From contig JBKAGE010000049.1 of the NCBI GenBank assembly GCA_046290225.1, forward strand, positions 24,430 through 88,429: 64,000 nucleotides of DNA, given 5' to 3'. The first letter of the stretch is position 1; each line of letters begins with the position of its first letter. Below the pieces are notes generated by a model. The model made no database searches. It was not told the DNA's origin and worked only from the letters and a program-made list of their open reading frames with translations. Origin of the DNA: Bradymonadia bacterium (GTDB lineage Bacteria > Myxococcota_A > Bradymonadia > UBA7976 > UBA1532). A program made the translations under genes and the position numbers. This document shows positions 49,366-59,334 of this stretch, piece after piece.

Positions 49366-50413
49366 GGCTCAAGAGGCCGCCTTGGGGGCGGGCGTAGCCC
49401 CCGGCACTGCTCTGACGATAGGCGGCGAGGTTGCGGCGGCCCAGTCGAGGGCTGCCCCGGCTAGGCTTCTCCGAGGCACTCTGCGACGCCTGTGCCGATT
49501 CACCCGCCTGGGCATCACCGGCGGTATCCACGAGGCCCAGGGCCTGCGCGCCGCCCTTCTCCGTGGGGGCTGCGGCCTCCACATTGGCCCCTTCGGGCTT
49601 CTCGTCGCCGCGAGCAGCCTCGTTGCGCTTCGCCACCGCCTCGGCTCGGGCCTGTGTCTCCTGCTTGCTGGCCTCGGCGGCGACCTTGCGATCCTGGCCC
49701 GAAGGCTCTGCAGGGGCCAGCGCCGCCCGGCGGACCACCTGCATCTTCTTCACCGTGGCTTCGGGATCACCCGAGACCGGGCTGATGTCGATGGGCACCG
49801 AGCCCCCGACGGCGTACTGGTTCCCGTCGGGACCGCGCTCGAAGTCGTACGAGATCGAGCCTGCGTACCGGCCACCTACGGACTTGTGGGCCTGCTCGTG
49901 GGTCCGCACCTCTCGGTCGCGGGCGACGAGGCGATCGACCTCTTTCTGCTCGCTGTCGGAGAGCGGTTGCCCGTCCTGACCCTTCTTCGTGGTGGCGTCG
50001 GCACTTGTCTCTTCAGTGCTTGTCTCTTCAGGGGCCTGTGCCGAGCCCTCGGCACCGCCAGCCCCACTTGGAGGCGGGGCGCCTTCAGGTGGTGGAGCCC
50101 CCTCTGGTGGTGGTCCTGCGGGGCGCCCACCTCGAAGCTGCCCGTTGGGCCCGTATGTCTGCGCGCCTGCCTGCTTTGGCAATTGCCCTGCAGCAGCAGC
50201 GCGACCCTGAGCCGAGAAGCTGACCTGCTCGCCCTTTGGCGGAGCCGCAGGCTTTGCCCCTGGCTCCACCTCCACGAACCGGCGCACACGACCATCAGCA
50301 GTGCGCAATACACCGGCTGCACCTGGACGCCTGAGCACGAAAGCGCTGGCCTGAGCGCCTGTGTTCTGGGACCCCGCAGAGTGGGCCCCCAACGATGGGA
50401 GAGCGGAAGACAT
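49355..50413 (-). CDS. SprA-related (putative metalloprotease) family protein with low-complexity flanks
   Basis: RDREVRTHEQAH, GPDGNQYAVGG.V.ID and AALAPAEPSGQD. Confidence 0.88.
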   Translation of the reverse strand: MSSALPSLGAHSAGSQNTGAQASAFVLRRPGAAGVLRTADGRVRRFVEVEPGAKPAAPPKGEQVSFSAQGRAAAAGQLPKQAGAQTYGPNGQLRGGRPAGPPPEGAPPPEGAPPPSGAGGAEGSAQAPEETSTEETSADATTKKGQDGQPLSDSEQKEVDRLVARDREVRTHEQAHKSVGGRYAGSISYDFERGPDGNQYAVGGSVPIDISPVSGDPEATVKKMQVVRRAALAPAEPSGQDRKVAAEASKQETQARAEAVAKRNEAARGDEKPEGANVEAAAPTEKGGAQALGLVDTAGDAQAGESAQASQSASEKPSRGSPRLGRRNLAAYRQSSAGGYARPQGGLLSLTG

Positions 50414-50499
50414 CACTCCTCACATCGCCACAAAACGGGGAAACTTGAGGGGGTGGACGCAAAAAATAGAATCCCGCACTGATAATCAACGGAGTCAAA

Positions 50500-51132
50500 A
50501 TGCAGATCGACCCTCAAGAGATCCCCAGCCGCGACGTCTACTTTCACATGATCTCCACCATCGTACCCCGACCCATCGCCTGGGTCAGCACCATCGACGG
50601 TGAAGGGCGGGTCAACCTCGCCCCCTTCAGCTTTTTCACTGGCATCACCTCTCGCCCCCCCACCCTGTGTATCTGCGTGGGCAACCGACGTGACGGCACG
50701 CCCAAAGACACCGCCGCCAACATCGAAGCCACGGGCGCCTTCGTGGTGAACGTGGTGCCCCACGCCCTCACCGCCCAGATGGTCCAGACCAGCGCCGGCT
50801 ACGCCCCGGGCGCCGACGAGCTCGCCGCCGTGGGTCTCAGCACCACCCCCAGCATCAAAGTGAAGCCCCCGCGGGTCCTCGAAGCCCCAGCGCAGTTCGA
50901 GTGCACACTGCATCAACGCGTGCCCATCATGGACGGCGACGAGATCACCAGCCGCATGCTCATCGGCCGCATCGAGATGATTCATATTCGCGATGACGTA
51001 CTCGACAACCGCGGCTTCGCTGATCCAGCCCTGCTCGACGCCATTGGCCGTATGGGCGGGCGCAACTACGTGAGAGCTCATGAGGTGTTCTCAGGTGGCA
51101 AGCCAAGCGACCCCGCTGAAGGCGCTTCTTAA
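50500..51132 (+). CDS. Flavin reductase-like FMN-binding protein
   Basis: VPRPIAWVST, NLAPFSFF, KDTAANI, FVVN and IGRMGG..Y. Confidence 0.93.
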   Translation: MQIDPQEIPSRDVYFHMISTIVPRPIAWVSTIDGEGRVNLAPFSFFTGITSRPPTLCICVGNRRDGTPKDTAANIEATGAFVVNVVPHALTAQMVQTSAGYAPGADELAAVGLSTTPSIKVKPPRVLEAPAQFECTLHQRVPIMDGDEITSRMLIGRIEMIHIRDDVLDNRGFADPALLDAIGRMGGRNYVRAHEVFSGGKPSDPAEGAS

Positions 51133-51197
51133 CCTCAAGTCGACGTGGCCGCATAACCGTGATGCAGTAGATTCATCCTCACGACGCATTGGCCATC

Positions 51198-54100
51198 ATG
51201 AACCAGCATTCGCATCACGACGCATTGTTTCAGGGGGTCTTCGAGACCGCCCTCGATGCCATCATCACCATCAACGTTTCTGGTGCTGTGCTCAGCATGA
51301 ACCCCGCTGCGGTGAAGCTTTTTGGTCACACACCAGATGATGTCCTTGGCCAGAACGTACGCATGCTCATGCCCGCCCCCTATCAGGCTGAGCATGATGG
51401 CTACCTGGCACACTACAACAGCACCGGCGAGCGCAAGATCATCGGCTCCGGCCGGGAGGTCGAGGCCCTGCATGCCAGCGGCCGGCGCATCCCCATTCAT
51501 CTCTCAGTGAGTGAGGCTCAAGTCGAGGGCGAGCGTGTCTTCATCGGCTTCGCCCGTGACATCACCGACTTGAAGAATGCGCAAGCCGATCTCGACCGCT
51601 CACGCCGGCTCATCAGCTCGGTCCTGGAAACCGCCGCTGACGGAATCATCACCATCAACGCTCAGGGCATCATTCAGTCCATCAACGCTGCGGCAGAGCG
51701 CCTGTTTCGTTGTACTCGGGCCGATATGCAAGGCCAGAACATCAGCACCCTCGTGCCCTACGAACACCGCATTCACCATGATGGCTACATCCAGCGGTTC
51801 CTCAAAACCAAAGAGCGGCGCATCATCGGCATCGGGCGTGAAGTTGAGGCCGAGCGACGCGACGGCACCCGATTCCCGGCATATCTGTCAATCAGTCATT
51901 TCCGAGTCGAAGGAGAAGACTTCTTCACTGGCGTTGTCCGTGACATCACCGAGCTGAAAGGCAAAGAAGAAGCCCTCGAAACTGCAAACCAGAGGCTCAA
52001 CGCGCAAAACCTCGTCTCTGGTCACTTGTTGGAGTTAGGGCGCCGAGCTCTGGGCATTCAAGACGAGGCCATGCTCTGCGATGCCCTCATCAGCACACTC
52101 GTGGAACAAGTGAGTGCGCTTGCAGGCGTGTTCTACATCGCAACATCTCACAACGAGGAGCCAGTCACCCTGCGTGCCCAGGCAGGTGTTGCGCTCCCTA
52201 CGCGCATCACAGATCTGCCAGAGTATGCTTTGGGTCAGGGCTTCGTCGGCCAGGTGGCAACAGAGGGCATCTTGAAGATCGTCGAGCCGTCACCGGGTAC
52301 CTGGAAGTTACCCACGGGTTTCGGACACATCGAACCCAGATGCTTGCTCGGGCTCCCGGTTCTACATCGTGGAGAGTTGATGGGTGTCATCGAGCTGGCC
52401 TTCCTCGAACAGCTCGGCGATGACGCGCACCACTACCTGCTGCAAATTGGCGATACCGTCGCAGTTACCCTCGCCCTTGCTCGAGATCAGAAGCGTATCA
52501 GCGATCTGCTGCACTCTACCCAGGCACAGTCACACGAACTGCAAGTGGCCAATGAAGAGTTGGACCACCGCGCTCAGGAGTTTCTCGCCCAGCAAGAGGC
52601 ACTGGAGCACAGCAACTCTGAGCTCGAGGAGCAAAAATACCGGCTCGAGCAGATGAACACTGATCTCCACGAGGCTCAGGCCGAACTCGAAGAGAAAGCC
52701 CTGGCTCTGGAGCAGAGCAGCAAATACAAGTCGGAGTTCCTGGCCAACATGAGCCATGAGCTGCGCACCCCCCTCAACAGCATCTTGATCCTCTCCAAGC
52801 TGCTCGCTGAAGATCGTACGGGCAACCTCACCCACGACCAGCGCACATGCGCCGAGACCATCGCCTCCTCAGGCACGGATCTCCTGGCTCTGATCAACGA
52901 CATCCTGGATCTCGCCAAAGTCGAAGCGGGTCAGATGGCTTTCGAGATGGTCACCGTCAGCATTGGGGAGTTGCTCGACGATCTGCGCAGTACTTTTGCC
53001 CCTTTGATGCGCGAAAAAGGGCTGCGCTTTCAAATCATCCAAGACGCCACGTGCCCGTCGGAGCTGCTCAGCGATCGGCTGCGCCTCGCCCAGGTCCTGC
53101 GCAACCTGCTGGGCAATGCACACAAATTCACCGAGAGCGGCGAGGTGCAACTGCTCGTACGCGAGGGCACGCTCGACGACACACCTGCGATTGCATTTGA
53201 AGTCAAAGACTCGGGGGTCGGTATTCCCGAAGATCAACAGCAGGCCATCTTTGAAGCGTTCCAACAAGTCGACGGCACACTCAACCGCCGCTTTGGCGGT
53301 ACGGGCTTGGGGCTCTCGATCTCACGGGATCTGGCCCACCACATGGGTGGACGCATCACCGTACAGAGCGTCTCAGGCATCGGCAGCACCTTCACCCTGT
53401 TGCTGCCACAAAGCGCCGCCGACGCCCCCAGCCAGCCGACGATGCCCACCCCTCTTCCCAGAACGGGCGAGGTGGTGAACCCTCGGGGCAAACACATCCT
53501 GGTCGTGGAAGACAACCCAGTGCATCAACGCGCGTTGATGCAACTGCTTGGCGCTCACGAAATGACGGGCATGGGTGTCGCAGGCTGCTCTGATGCCCTG
53601 GTGGCCCTCGATACCTCAGCCTTCGATGGCATCATTCTCGACCTCGGTCTCGCCGAGGGCAGTGGCTTTCAGTTCATCGAGGCATGGTCCACCCGTGCCT
53701 CACAACCACCTGTGGTGATTTACACCAGCCGCGATCTCAACGCCGAAGAGCACCGGGCGCTCAGCCGCCATCAACGCACCATCATCATCAAGGGTGCCAG
53801 GTCTGAAGAGCGGTTGCTCGAAGAGCTGACCCAGATGATGTCTCCCAAACCGCCAAAGCCCAAACGCCCCATAGTCGCTCACGGGAGCGACTGGCTGACG
53901 GGCCGGACATTGCTCGTCGTCGACGACGATATGCGCAACATCTTCGCCATGCGCCATCTGCTCGGAAGCAGAGGTGCACACATCGTCGTCGCCGAGCATG
54001 GAGAAGAAGCGCTGTCCCAACTTCGGGCTCATCCAGAAGTAGAAGCCGTTCTGATGGATGTCATGATGCCCGTCATGGACGGTCTCGAAGCCACCGAGCT

Positions 54101-54269
54101 CATTCGCCAGGCTCCACAGTGGAAAGACTTGCCCATCATCGCAGTCACCGCCAAGGCGATGAAGGGTGATCAGGAGCGCTGTCTCAAGGCAGGTGCCAGC
54201 GACTACCTCGCCAAGCCCATCGATGGAGATGCGCTGCTCAGCCTGCTCAAAATCTGGTTGACGCGTTGA
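51198..54269 (+). CDS. Hybrid sensor kinase: PAS-PAS-GAF-coiled coil-HisKA-HATPase-REC-REC
   Basis: Two FixL-like PAS domains (HDGY...IIGxGREV), FLANMSHELRTPLN, NLLGNA.KFT, GGTGLGL and two receiver domains. Confidence 0.95.
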   Translation: MNQHSHHDALFQGVFETALDAIITINVSGAVLSMNPAAVKLFGHTPDDVLGQNVRMLMPAPYQAEHDGYLAHYNSTGERKIIGSGREVEALHASGRRIPIHLSVSEAQVEGERVFIGFARDITDLKNAQADLDRSRRLISSVLETAADGIITINAQGIIQSINAAAERLFRCTRADMQGQNISTLVPYEHRIHHDGYIQRFLKTKERRIIGIGREVEAERRDGTRFPAYLSISHFRVEGEDFFTGVVRDITELKGKEEALETANQRLNAQNLVSGHLLELGRRALGIQDEAMLCDALISTLVEQVSALAGVFYIATSHNEEPVTLRAQAGVALPTRITDLPEYALGQGFVGQVATEGILKIVEPSPGTWKLPTGFGHIEPRCLLGLPVLHRGELMGVIELAFLEQLGDDAHHYLLQIGDTVAVTLALARDQKRISDLLHSTQAQSHELQVANEELDHRAQEFLAQQEALEHSNSELEEQKYRLEQMNTDLHEAQAELEEKALALEQSSKYKSEFLANMSHELRTPLNSILILSKLLAEDRTGNLTHDQRTCAETIASSGTDLLALINDILDLAKVEAGQMAFEMVTVSIGELLDDLRSTFAPLMREKGLRFQIIQDATCPSELLSDRLRLAQVLRNLLGNAHKFTESGEVQLLVREGTLDDTPAIAFEVKDSGVGIPEDQQQAIFEAFQQVDGTLNRRFGGTGLGLSISRDLAHHMGGRITVQSVSGIGSTFTLLLPQSAADAPSQPTMPTPLPRTGEVVNPRGKHILVVEDNPVHQRALMQLLGAHEMTGMGVAGCSDALVALDTSAFDGIILDLGLAEGSGFQFIEAWSTRASQPPVVIYTSRDLNAEEHRALSRHQRTIIIKGARSEERLLEELTQMMSPKPPKPKRPIVAHGSDWLTGRTLLVVDDDMRNIFAMRHLLGSRGAHIVVAEHGEEALSQLRAHPEVEAVLMDVMMPVMDGLEATELIRQAPQWKDLPIIAVTAKAMKGDQERCLKAGASDYLAKPIDGDALLSLLKIWLTR

Positions 54270-55105
54270 GCAAACCTTCGGAACTCGAGCTGCTCGAGGC
54301 ACGCCTGCTCACCGAAGCGATTTACGCCCATCGCGGCTACGACTTTCGTAACTATGCGCCGCTCACTCAGCACCGCAGGCTGATGTTCATCCTCGAACAT
54401 CTCGAGATCGACAGCATCTCGCTCTTGCAACACCGCGTACTCCACGAGCAGGGATTCTTCGAGCGATTGTTGCCCCTGCTGAGCGTACCGGTCTCCGAGT
54501 TATTCCGTGAGCCTGAACAGCTACGCGTCGTCCGTGACGAAGTTCTGCCCTACTTGCGCACGTTCCCTCGCGTCAAAATCTGGCATGCCGGCTGCGCGAC
54601 GGGCGAAGAAGTCTACTCCATGGCCATCTTGTTGCACGAAGCAGGTATCTTGAGTCGGTGCATCATCTACGGGACCGACATCAACCCCAAGGCCATGGAA
54701 ATCGCCCGTTCAGGCACCTATCACACCGATGAACTCGACGAGGCTGAGGCACGCTATCAGACAGCTGGCGGGCAGCATGCACTGCGGGACTACTTCACCA
54801 TCAAAGATCAACACGCCACTCTGATCCCTGACATCACCCGGCCGATCTTGATCGCTCACCACAACCTGAGCACTGACAGCGCATTCGCCACGTGCGAACT
54901 GGTCATGTGTCGGAACACGCTCATCTACTTCGACAAGTCATTGCAGGACAGATGTCTGGGCCTCTTTGCAAACGCCCTGGCACCTGGAGGATACCTCTGT
55001 CTCGGCACACACGAGACACTGAGGTTTTCTAAAAATGAAGCGCACTTCGCCGATACGCCTTCTCACCGTGCCCTCTACCGCCGTGTCTCCACGCCCACCA
55101 GCTAG
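54266..55105 (+). CDS. cheR: CheR-type protein-glutamate O-methyltransferase
   Basis: GYDFRNY, IWHAGCATGEEVYSMAI, GTDIN, CRNTLIYF and GGYLCLG. Confidence 0.93.
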   Translation: MSKPSELELLEARLLTEAIYAHRGYDFRNYAPLTQHRRLMFILEHLEIDSISLLQHRVLHEQGFFERLLPLLSVPVSELFREPEQLRVVRDEVLPYLRTFPRVKIWHAGCATGEEVYSMAILLHEAGILSRCIIYGTDINPKAMEIARSGTYHTDELDEAEARYQTAGGQHALRDYFTIKDQHATLIPDITRPILIAHHNLSTDSAFATCELVMCRNTLIYFDKSLQDRCLGLFANALAPGGYLCLGTHETLRFSKNEAHFADTPSHRALYRRVSTPTS

Positions 55106-55198
55106 AGTTGCGCCTCGAATCAAGTTAAGGTCATGTCATCACGCCGTGATGCCGACACATGATCTTGCCTTTAAATTGGGCCCATCTTTTGTGGAGGT

Positions 55199-56701
55199 GT
55201 GCTCTTGAATGCAGCGGCCTTGAGGTTGCTCATTGTCGATGACCGGGAAGAGAACCTCTTCTCGTTCCAGCAGATCCTCAAAGACGAGCCCTATGCGCTC
55301 GATCTGGCCAGCTCTGCTCAGGATGCCCTGCGCTTTCTGCTCAAGCACCCTTACGCCTGCATCTTGTGCGATGTGCAGATGCCCGACATCGACGGCCTCG
55401 AGCTCGCCCGCATCGTACGTGCCGATCCCGAGCTGCGGGACACTCCCATCATCTTCATCACCGCCCACAGCTATCACCCCGCGATCATCTACGAGGCCTT
55501 CGAACTCGGCGCCTTCGACTTCATCTCCAAGCCCATCGACCCGATCATTCTGCGGGGCAAGCTGCGCATCTTCGCCCAGCTGTACAAGAGCAGGGCCCAG
55601 ATCGCAGCGCAGCACGCGCAGATGCAGACCATCGTGGCTCACCTCGAGGAGGGGGTGGCGCTGCTCGACCCCAATGGGCAAGAGATCTTCGTCAACCGGC
55701 AACTCGAGCAGCTGCTTCAGCGCAATGCTCAAAGCCGCCCCTTGCTCGACCAGCTCAGGAGTCTCGCGAGCTTCACCCTGGACGAGAGCACCCCCAGGCC
55801 GCTCCCCATCCCCATCGACGCCGCCTTCAACGGCATCATCACCATCGACCAGCTCACTCTGGTGAAGATCGATGGCCAGGAGCTGTTCTGGGAGCTGACA
55901 CTGTCACCCTTGCCCAATCCCGGGCAGCAAGGGCACAAGGTGCTGGTGCTGATCCGCGACGTCACCCAGCGCACCCGTCAGACCATGCAGCTGCAGTCGA
56001 AGAACCGGGAGCTCGAGCAGTTCGCCTACGTCGCCTCTCATGACCTCAAAGCCCCTCTGCGTCACATCTCGGTCTTCACCACCATCCTCTCAGAAGAATT
56101 GGAGGCGTGTGAGTACCCGGCAGAAGTCGACGAAGCCATGGGGATCATCCACCGCAGCACCACAGAGATGCGGGATCTCATCGATGGCCTGCTCGAGTTC
56201 TCCAGGGCGGGCCGTGGGGCCCTTAACATGATCCCCTGTGCCCTCGACGAGCTGCTCACAGATGTCTGGTCGGTCCTCCAGCCAGAAGATGCAATCGACT
56301 TTTCGGTCGATGCAGACCTTCCCATAGTTTTCGGTGATCGAGATCGGCTACGGCAGGTGTTTCAGAACCTGCTGTCCAACGCCATCAAGTTTCGAGCCCC
56401 GGCGAGACCACTGCACATTCGCGTAAGTGTCGAGCCTCAGCCCACACGCTGGCGTATCAAGGTGATCGACAACGGCATCGGCATAGATCCTGATCATCAA
56501 GAGCGGGTCTTTCAGATCTTCTCTCGCTTGCACACCAAAGACCGCTACGATGGAAACGGCATCGGTTTGTCGATCGTCAAAAAGATCGTCGAACGTCACG
56601 ATGGCCACATTCTCATCGAGTCTGACGGCCAGAGCGGCACCACGTTCTGTGTCGACTTGCCTCGACACGAGTCATTGAGTGCAGAGACGCTGCATGCTTG
56701 A
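55199..56701 (+). CDS. REC-PAS-histidine kinase
   Basis: LIVDD..ENL, DVQMP, FAYVASHDLKAPL, NLLSNAIKF, DNGIG and GIGLSIV. Confidence 0.93.
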   Translation: MLLNAAALRLLIVDDREENLFSFQQILKDEPYALDLASSAQDALRFLLKHPYACILCDVQMPDIDGLELARIVRADPELRDTPIIFITAHSYHPAIIYEAFELGAFDFISKPIDPIILRGKLRIFAQLYKSRAQIAAQHAQMQTIVAHLEEGVALLDPNGQEIFVNRQLEQLLQRNAQSRPLLDQLRSLASFTLDESTPRPLPIPIDAAFNGIITIDQLTLVKIDGQELFWELTLSPLPNPGQQGHKVLVLIRDVTQRTRQTMQLQSKNRELEQFAYVASHDLKAPLRHISVFTTILSEELEACEYPAEVDEAMGIIHRSTTEMRDLIDGLLEFSRAGRGALNMIPCALDELLTDVWSVLQPEDAIDFSVDADLPIVFGDRDRLRQVFQNLLSNAIKFRAPARPLHIRVSVEPQPTRWRIKVIDNGIGIDPDHQERVFQIFSRLHTKDRYDGNGIGLSIVKKIVERHDGHILIESDGQSGTTFCVDLPRHESLSAETLHA

Positions 56702-56708
56702 GGTCTGA

Positions 56709-57167
56709 ATGCCTGCATCGCCCGCCCCGACTCACGCGTCGACGATGATGCGTCTGCTCATCGTCGAAGACGAAGCCGTCGACGCCATGCTGCTCAAGCG
56801 TGCCTTCTCACGCACGGCGCTCAACCTCGAGATGTCCCACGTGACCGATGGTGACGCAGCACATCAACACCTCGTCGATCGCGATGAAGACACACTCCCC
56901 CACGTCATTCTGCTCGATTTGAACATGCCCCGCCTCAGCGGGGTTGAGGTCTTGAAGCTCATCAAAGGCGACACGCGATGGCAGGACATCACGGTCGTCA
57001 TCTTCTCGAGCTCACGCTGGGACAAAGAAATCGACGCCTGCTTCGCGGCAGGCGCCACGAGCTACATCGAGAAGCCACACGATCTTGAAGGCTACAATCA
57101 GGTGGTCGATGTCTTGGAGGGGTTCTGGATGGGTGATCCGATGCCCAGGATGCTCAAGCACAGCTGA
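56709..57167 (+). CDS. Single-domain response regulator
   Basis: LIVED, LLDLNMP, FSSS, YIEKP and FW (Rcp-like). Confidence 0.92.
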   Translation: MPASPAPTHASTMMRLLIVEDEAVDAMLLKRAFSRTALNLEMSHVTDGDAAHQHLVDRDEDTLPHVILLDLNMPRLSGVEVLKLIKGDTRWQDITVVIFSSSRWDKEIDACFAAGATSYIEKPHDLEGYNQVVDVLEGFWMGDPMPRMLKHS

Positions 57168-57192
57168 GCATCCCTGATGTTCTATGTCAGCC

Positions 57193-58029
57193 TCACTCGA
57201 GGACGACGTTGTCGAGCTTCTTACCGTGGGCCTGACCCGACATGACCTTCACCGCGTCCTTGGCCTGGAACACGTTGGGCTGGAAGGGCTGGCCGATGCC
57301 CAGACCGTTCTGGGGGTCGACCACCTTGGGCCCACAGGCCTTCACCACGTCGAGCATCTGGAACACGTTGGGCTTGAACTGCTTCACGAGCACCATGAGC
57401 TGCTTGCTGGTGATGTAGTTGTTGCCCATGACCGACTTCACCTGGTCGAGCATCTGGAACACGTTGGGGCTGCTGGACTTCACCGACTGCAGGAAGCCCT
57501 TCCAAGCGGCTTTACCCATGGGGTGCTTGCCGTTCTTCACGAAGTGGCAGCCCGGGTCAGACTTGTCCCAACAGTCCACCTTGATCTGCTTCACGGCGGG
57601 AGCCTCGTCGCGACGGTCGTCACGGCGGTCACGACGATCGTCGCGGCGATCACGACGGTCATCGCGACGGTCGTCCTCGAGATCGCGAATCGCGTCCTTG
57701 AGGTGATCACGGGCGCTGTCGAGCTTGCGGCGCACACGACGACCACAGTCGCGATCAGCGTCTTTCATCAGATCGCGCAGATCGTCCATGGCATGCTCGG
57801 CGTCTTTGAGCCGGGGGCGATCGAGCACATCTTCGAGATCGCGCTCCACGCGCTTGATGCCACGCTTGATGGCCTCTTCACAGCGTCGATCTTCGTCGCG
57901 CAGCTCGTCTCTGATGTCTTGCACATCACGCAGAGCATCTTTGATGTCGCGATCGCGGGCACTGGCGCCCATGGGGGTCACCATCAAGAATGCCAGGGCA
58001 ACAGCGGCACCACTGAAAATACGCTTCAT
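57193..58029 (-). CDS. Secreted protein with helical N-domain, DRRD low-complexity linker and DUF4476-like C-terminal domain
   Basis: RBS GGAGG, signal peptide, (DRRD)n, PNVFQ x3 and VVDPQN. Confidence 0.75.
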   Translation of the reverse strand: MKRIFSGAAVALAFLMVTPMGASARDRDIKDALRDVQDIRDELRDEDRRCEEAIKRGIKRVERDLEDVLDRPRLKDAEHAMDDLRDLMKDADRDCGRRVRRKLDSARDHLKDAIRDLEDDRRDDRRDRRDDRRDRRDDRRDEAPAVKQIKVDCWDKSDPGCHFVKNGKHPMGKAAWKGFLQSVKSSSPNVFQMLDQVKSVMGNNYITSKQLMVLVKQFKPNVFQMLDVVKACGPKVVDPQNGLGIGQPFQPNVFQAKDAVKVMSGQAHGKKLDNVVLE

Positions 58030-58252
58030 GCGTTCCTCCCGAACTCATACTGGCCCGTCTCAGGGCCCAATGAATGACAATTGACCGGACTCAAAGGGGC
58101 CGCAAGATAAAAGATGCCATGGAGCGGCACAAGCCCTGCAGATTCGGGCCTGTGCCGCCTCGATGACCCCCTTCCGGTCACGGGTGTGCACGCAACACGA
58201 TGGTTTTCGATCTGTACGGCACACGGTTCGTGGCCGCGCAGACGGATTCGCC

Positions 58253-59206
58253 TCAGAAGTCTTCAATCAGATCGACAAGGTGGGGACAGTCGATGAAAGG
58301 GTTGCGGTTGCCCTGACGCACCCAGATCAAATCGTGCCGCTCCTGCTCTGCCTCACTGGGCGGATGTTCCCGGTGCCATCGACGGACAGCGGCCTCCTGA
58401 TCTGCGTCGATCTCGAAGTCATAACGCACGGCGAAATAGAGCAAGGCTCGAGCGGCTGCCCCTTTGTGATCATCTCGGGGCTCGAAGACTCGATCACCGC
58501 GGGCGTTGTCACCGGCGCGTGAGCCACCCTGCGTCCAGTCCACGTCGACGACGACGCCCATCGGGCTGTTGAACCGACGCGTGTTCGCCGAGGCGATGAC
58601 GGGGAAGAGATGATGCAAGTCACTGCGCGCAGGCAGCTCACCGGCACCCAGACTCTGAGGCCACGTGTGCTCGGTGTTCATGATCTCGATGTCGGGGATC
58701 TCACCTTCAGGTACCCGGATCCATTGCCCGGTGTAGACCCCCTGCACCTGGGCATCGACGTTGTCGAGCTCGCCGAACATGAAGTATCGCGCGGCCCCGT
58801 ACGACAGCGGATCTTGAGCCAGCTCCGACAGCCGCTGAACCGTGCGCCGCAGATCGCCACCCTCGTCGAGGGCCTGATAGCGCGTGCCCACCCTGCACTG
58901 ACTCGCCAAAGGTCCGAGCATGGTCATGTCGGGCATGGGCTGGGCATCAGGCGGTACATCGGCATCTGGAACGTCGATGTCGGGCATCTCCATCAGCTCG
59001 GCATCGGGCACGGCAACATCAGGCATCGGCCGCATGTCGGGGAGCACGGCATCTGGCATCACGCCAGCGTCGAACCCTACCGAGACATCAGGCTCACTGA
59101 CCCGAGCGTCGACCCCAGGCACGATCTGCGGCTCAGCAGCCTCGTCGTCACAGCCCATCGCCCCACACAGGCAGACACACACACACCAAAAAGCCTGTTT
59201 TTTCAT
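58253..59206 (-). CDS. Endonuclease I-family extracellular nuclease lipoprotein with PD-rich linker
   Basis: NTEHTWPQS, SDLHHLFP, FEPRDDHKG..AR..LYF..RY, QGNRNPFID and lipobox AMGC. Start could lie up to 59242. Confidence 0.9.
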   Translation of the reverse strand: MKKQAFWCVCVCLCGAMGCDDEAAEPQIVPGVDARVSEPDVSVGFDAGVMPDAVLPDMRPMPDVAVPDAELMEMPDIDVPDADVPPDAQPMPDMTMLGPLASQCRVGTRYQALDEGGDLRRTVQRLSELAQDPLSYGAARYFMFGELDNVDAQVQGVYTGQWIRVPEGEIPDIEIMNTEHTWPQSLGAGELPARSDLHHLFPVIASANTRRFNSPMGVVVDVDWTQGGSRAGDNARGDRVFEPRDDHKGAAARALLYFAVRYDFEIDADQEAAVRRWHREHPPSEAEQERHDLIWVRQGNRNPFIDCPHLVDLIEDF

Positions 59207-59334
59207 TTTTTCTGTCAGGAACGCGGACATGTCTTCGAACACCCCAGTGACTCAAACATCACGGCTCAATGGCCGAACAAACGAAGTTGCCGGCGGCGAG
59301 TCGGCGACCTTACACCAATCAGGGGAGAAGAATC

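Noticed and set aside
51198..55150. Apparently lower GC3 in the kinase/cheR genes (also about 23600-27600), suggesting horizontal acquisition
   Set aside because: Impression only, not computed; no integrase, tRNA, att sites or flanking direct repeats seen.
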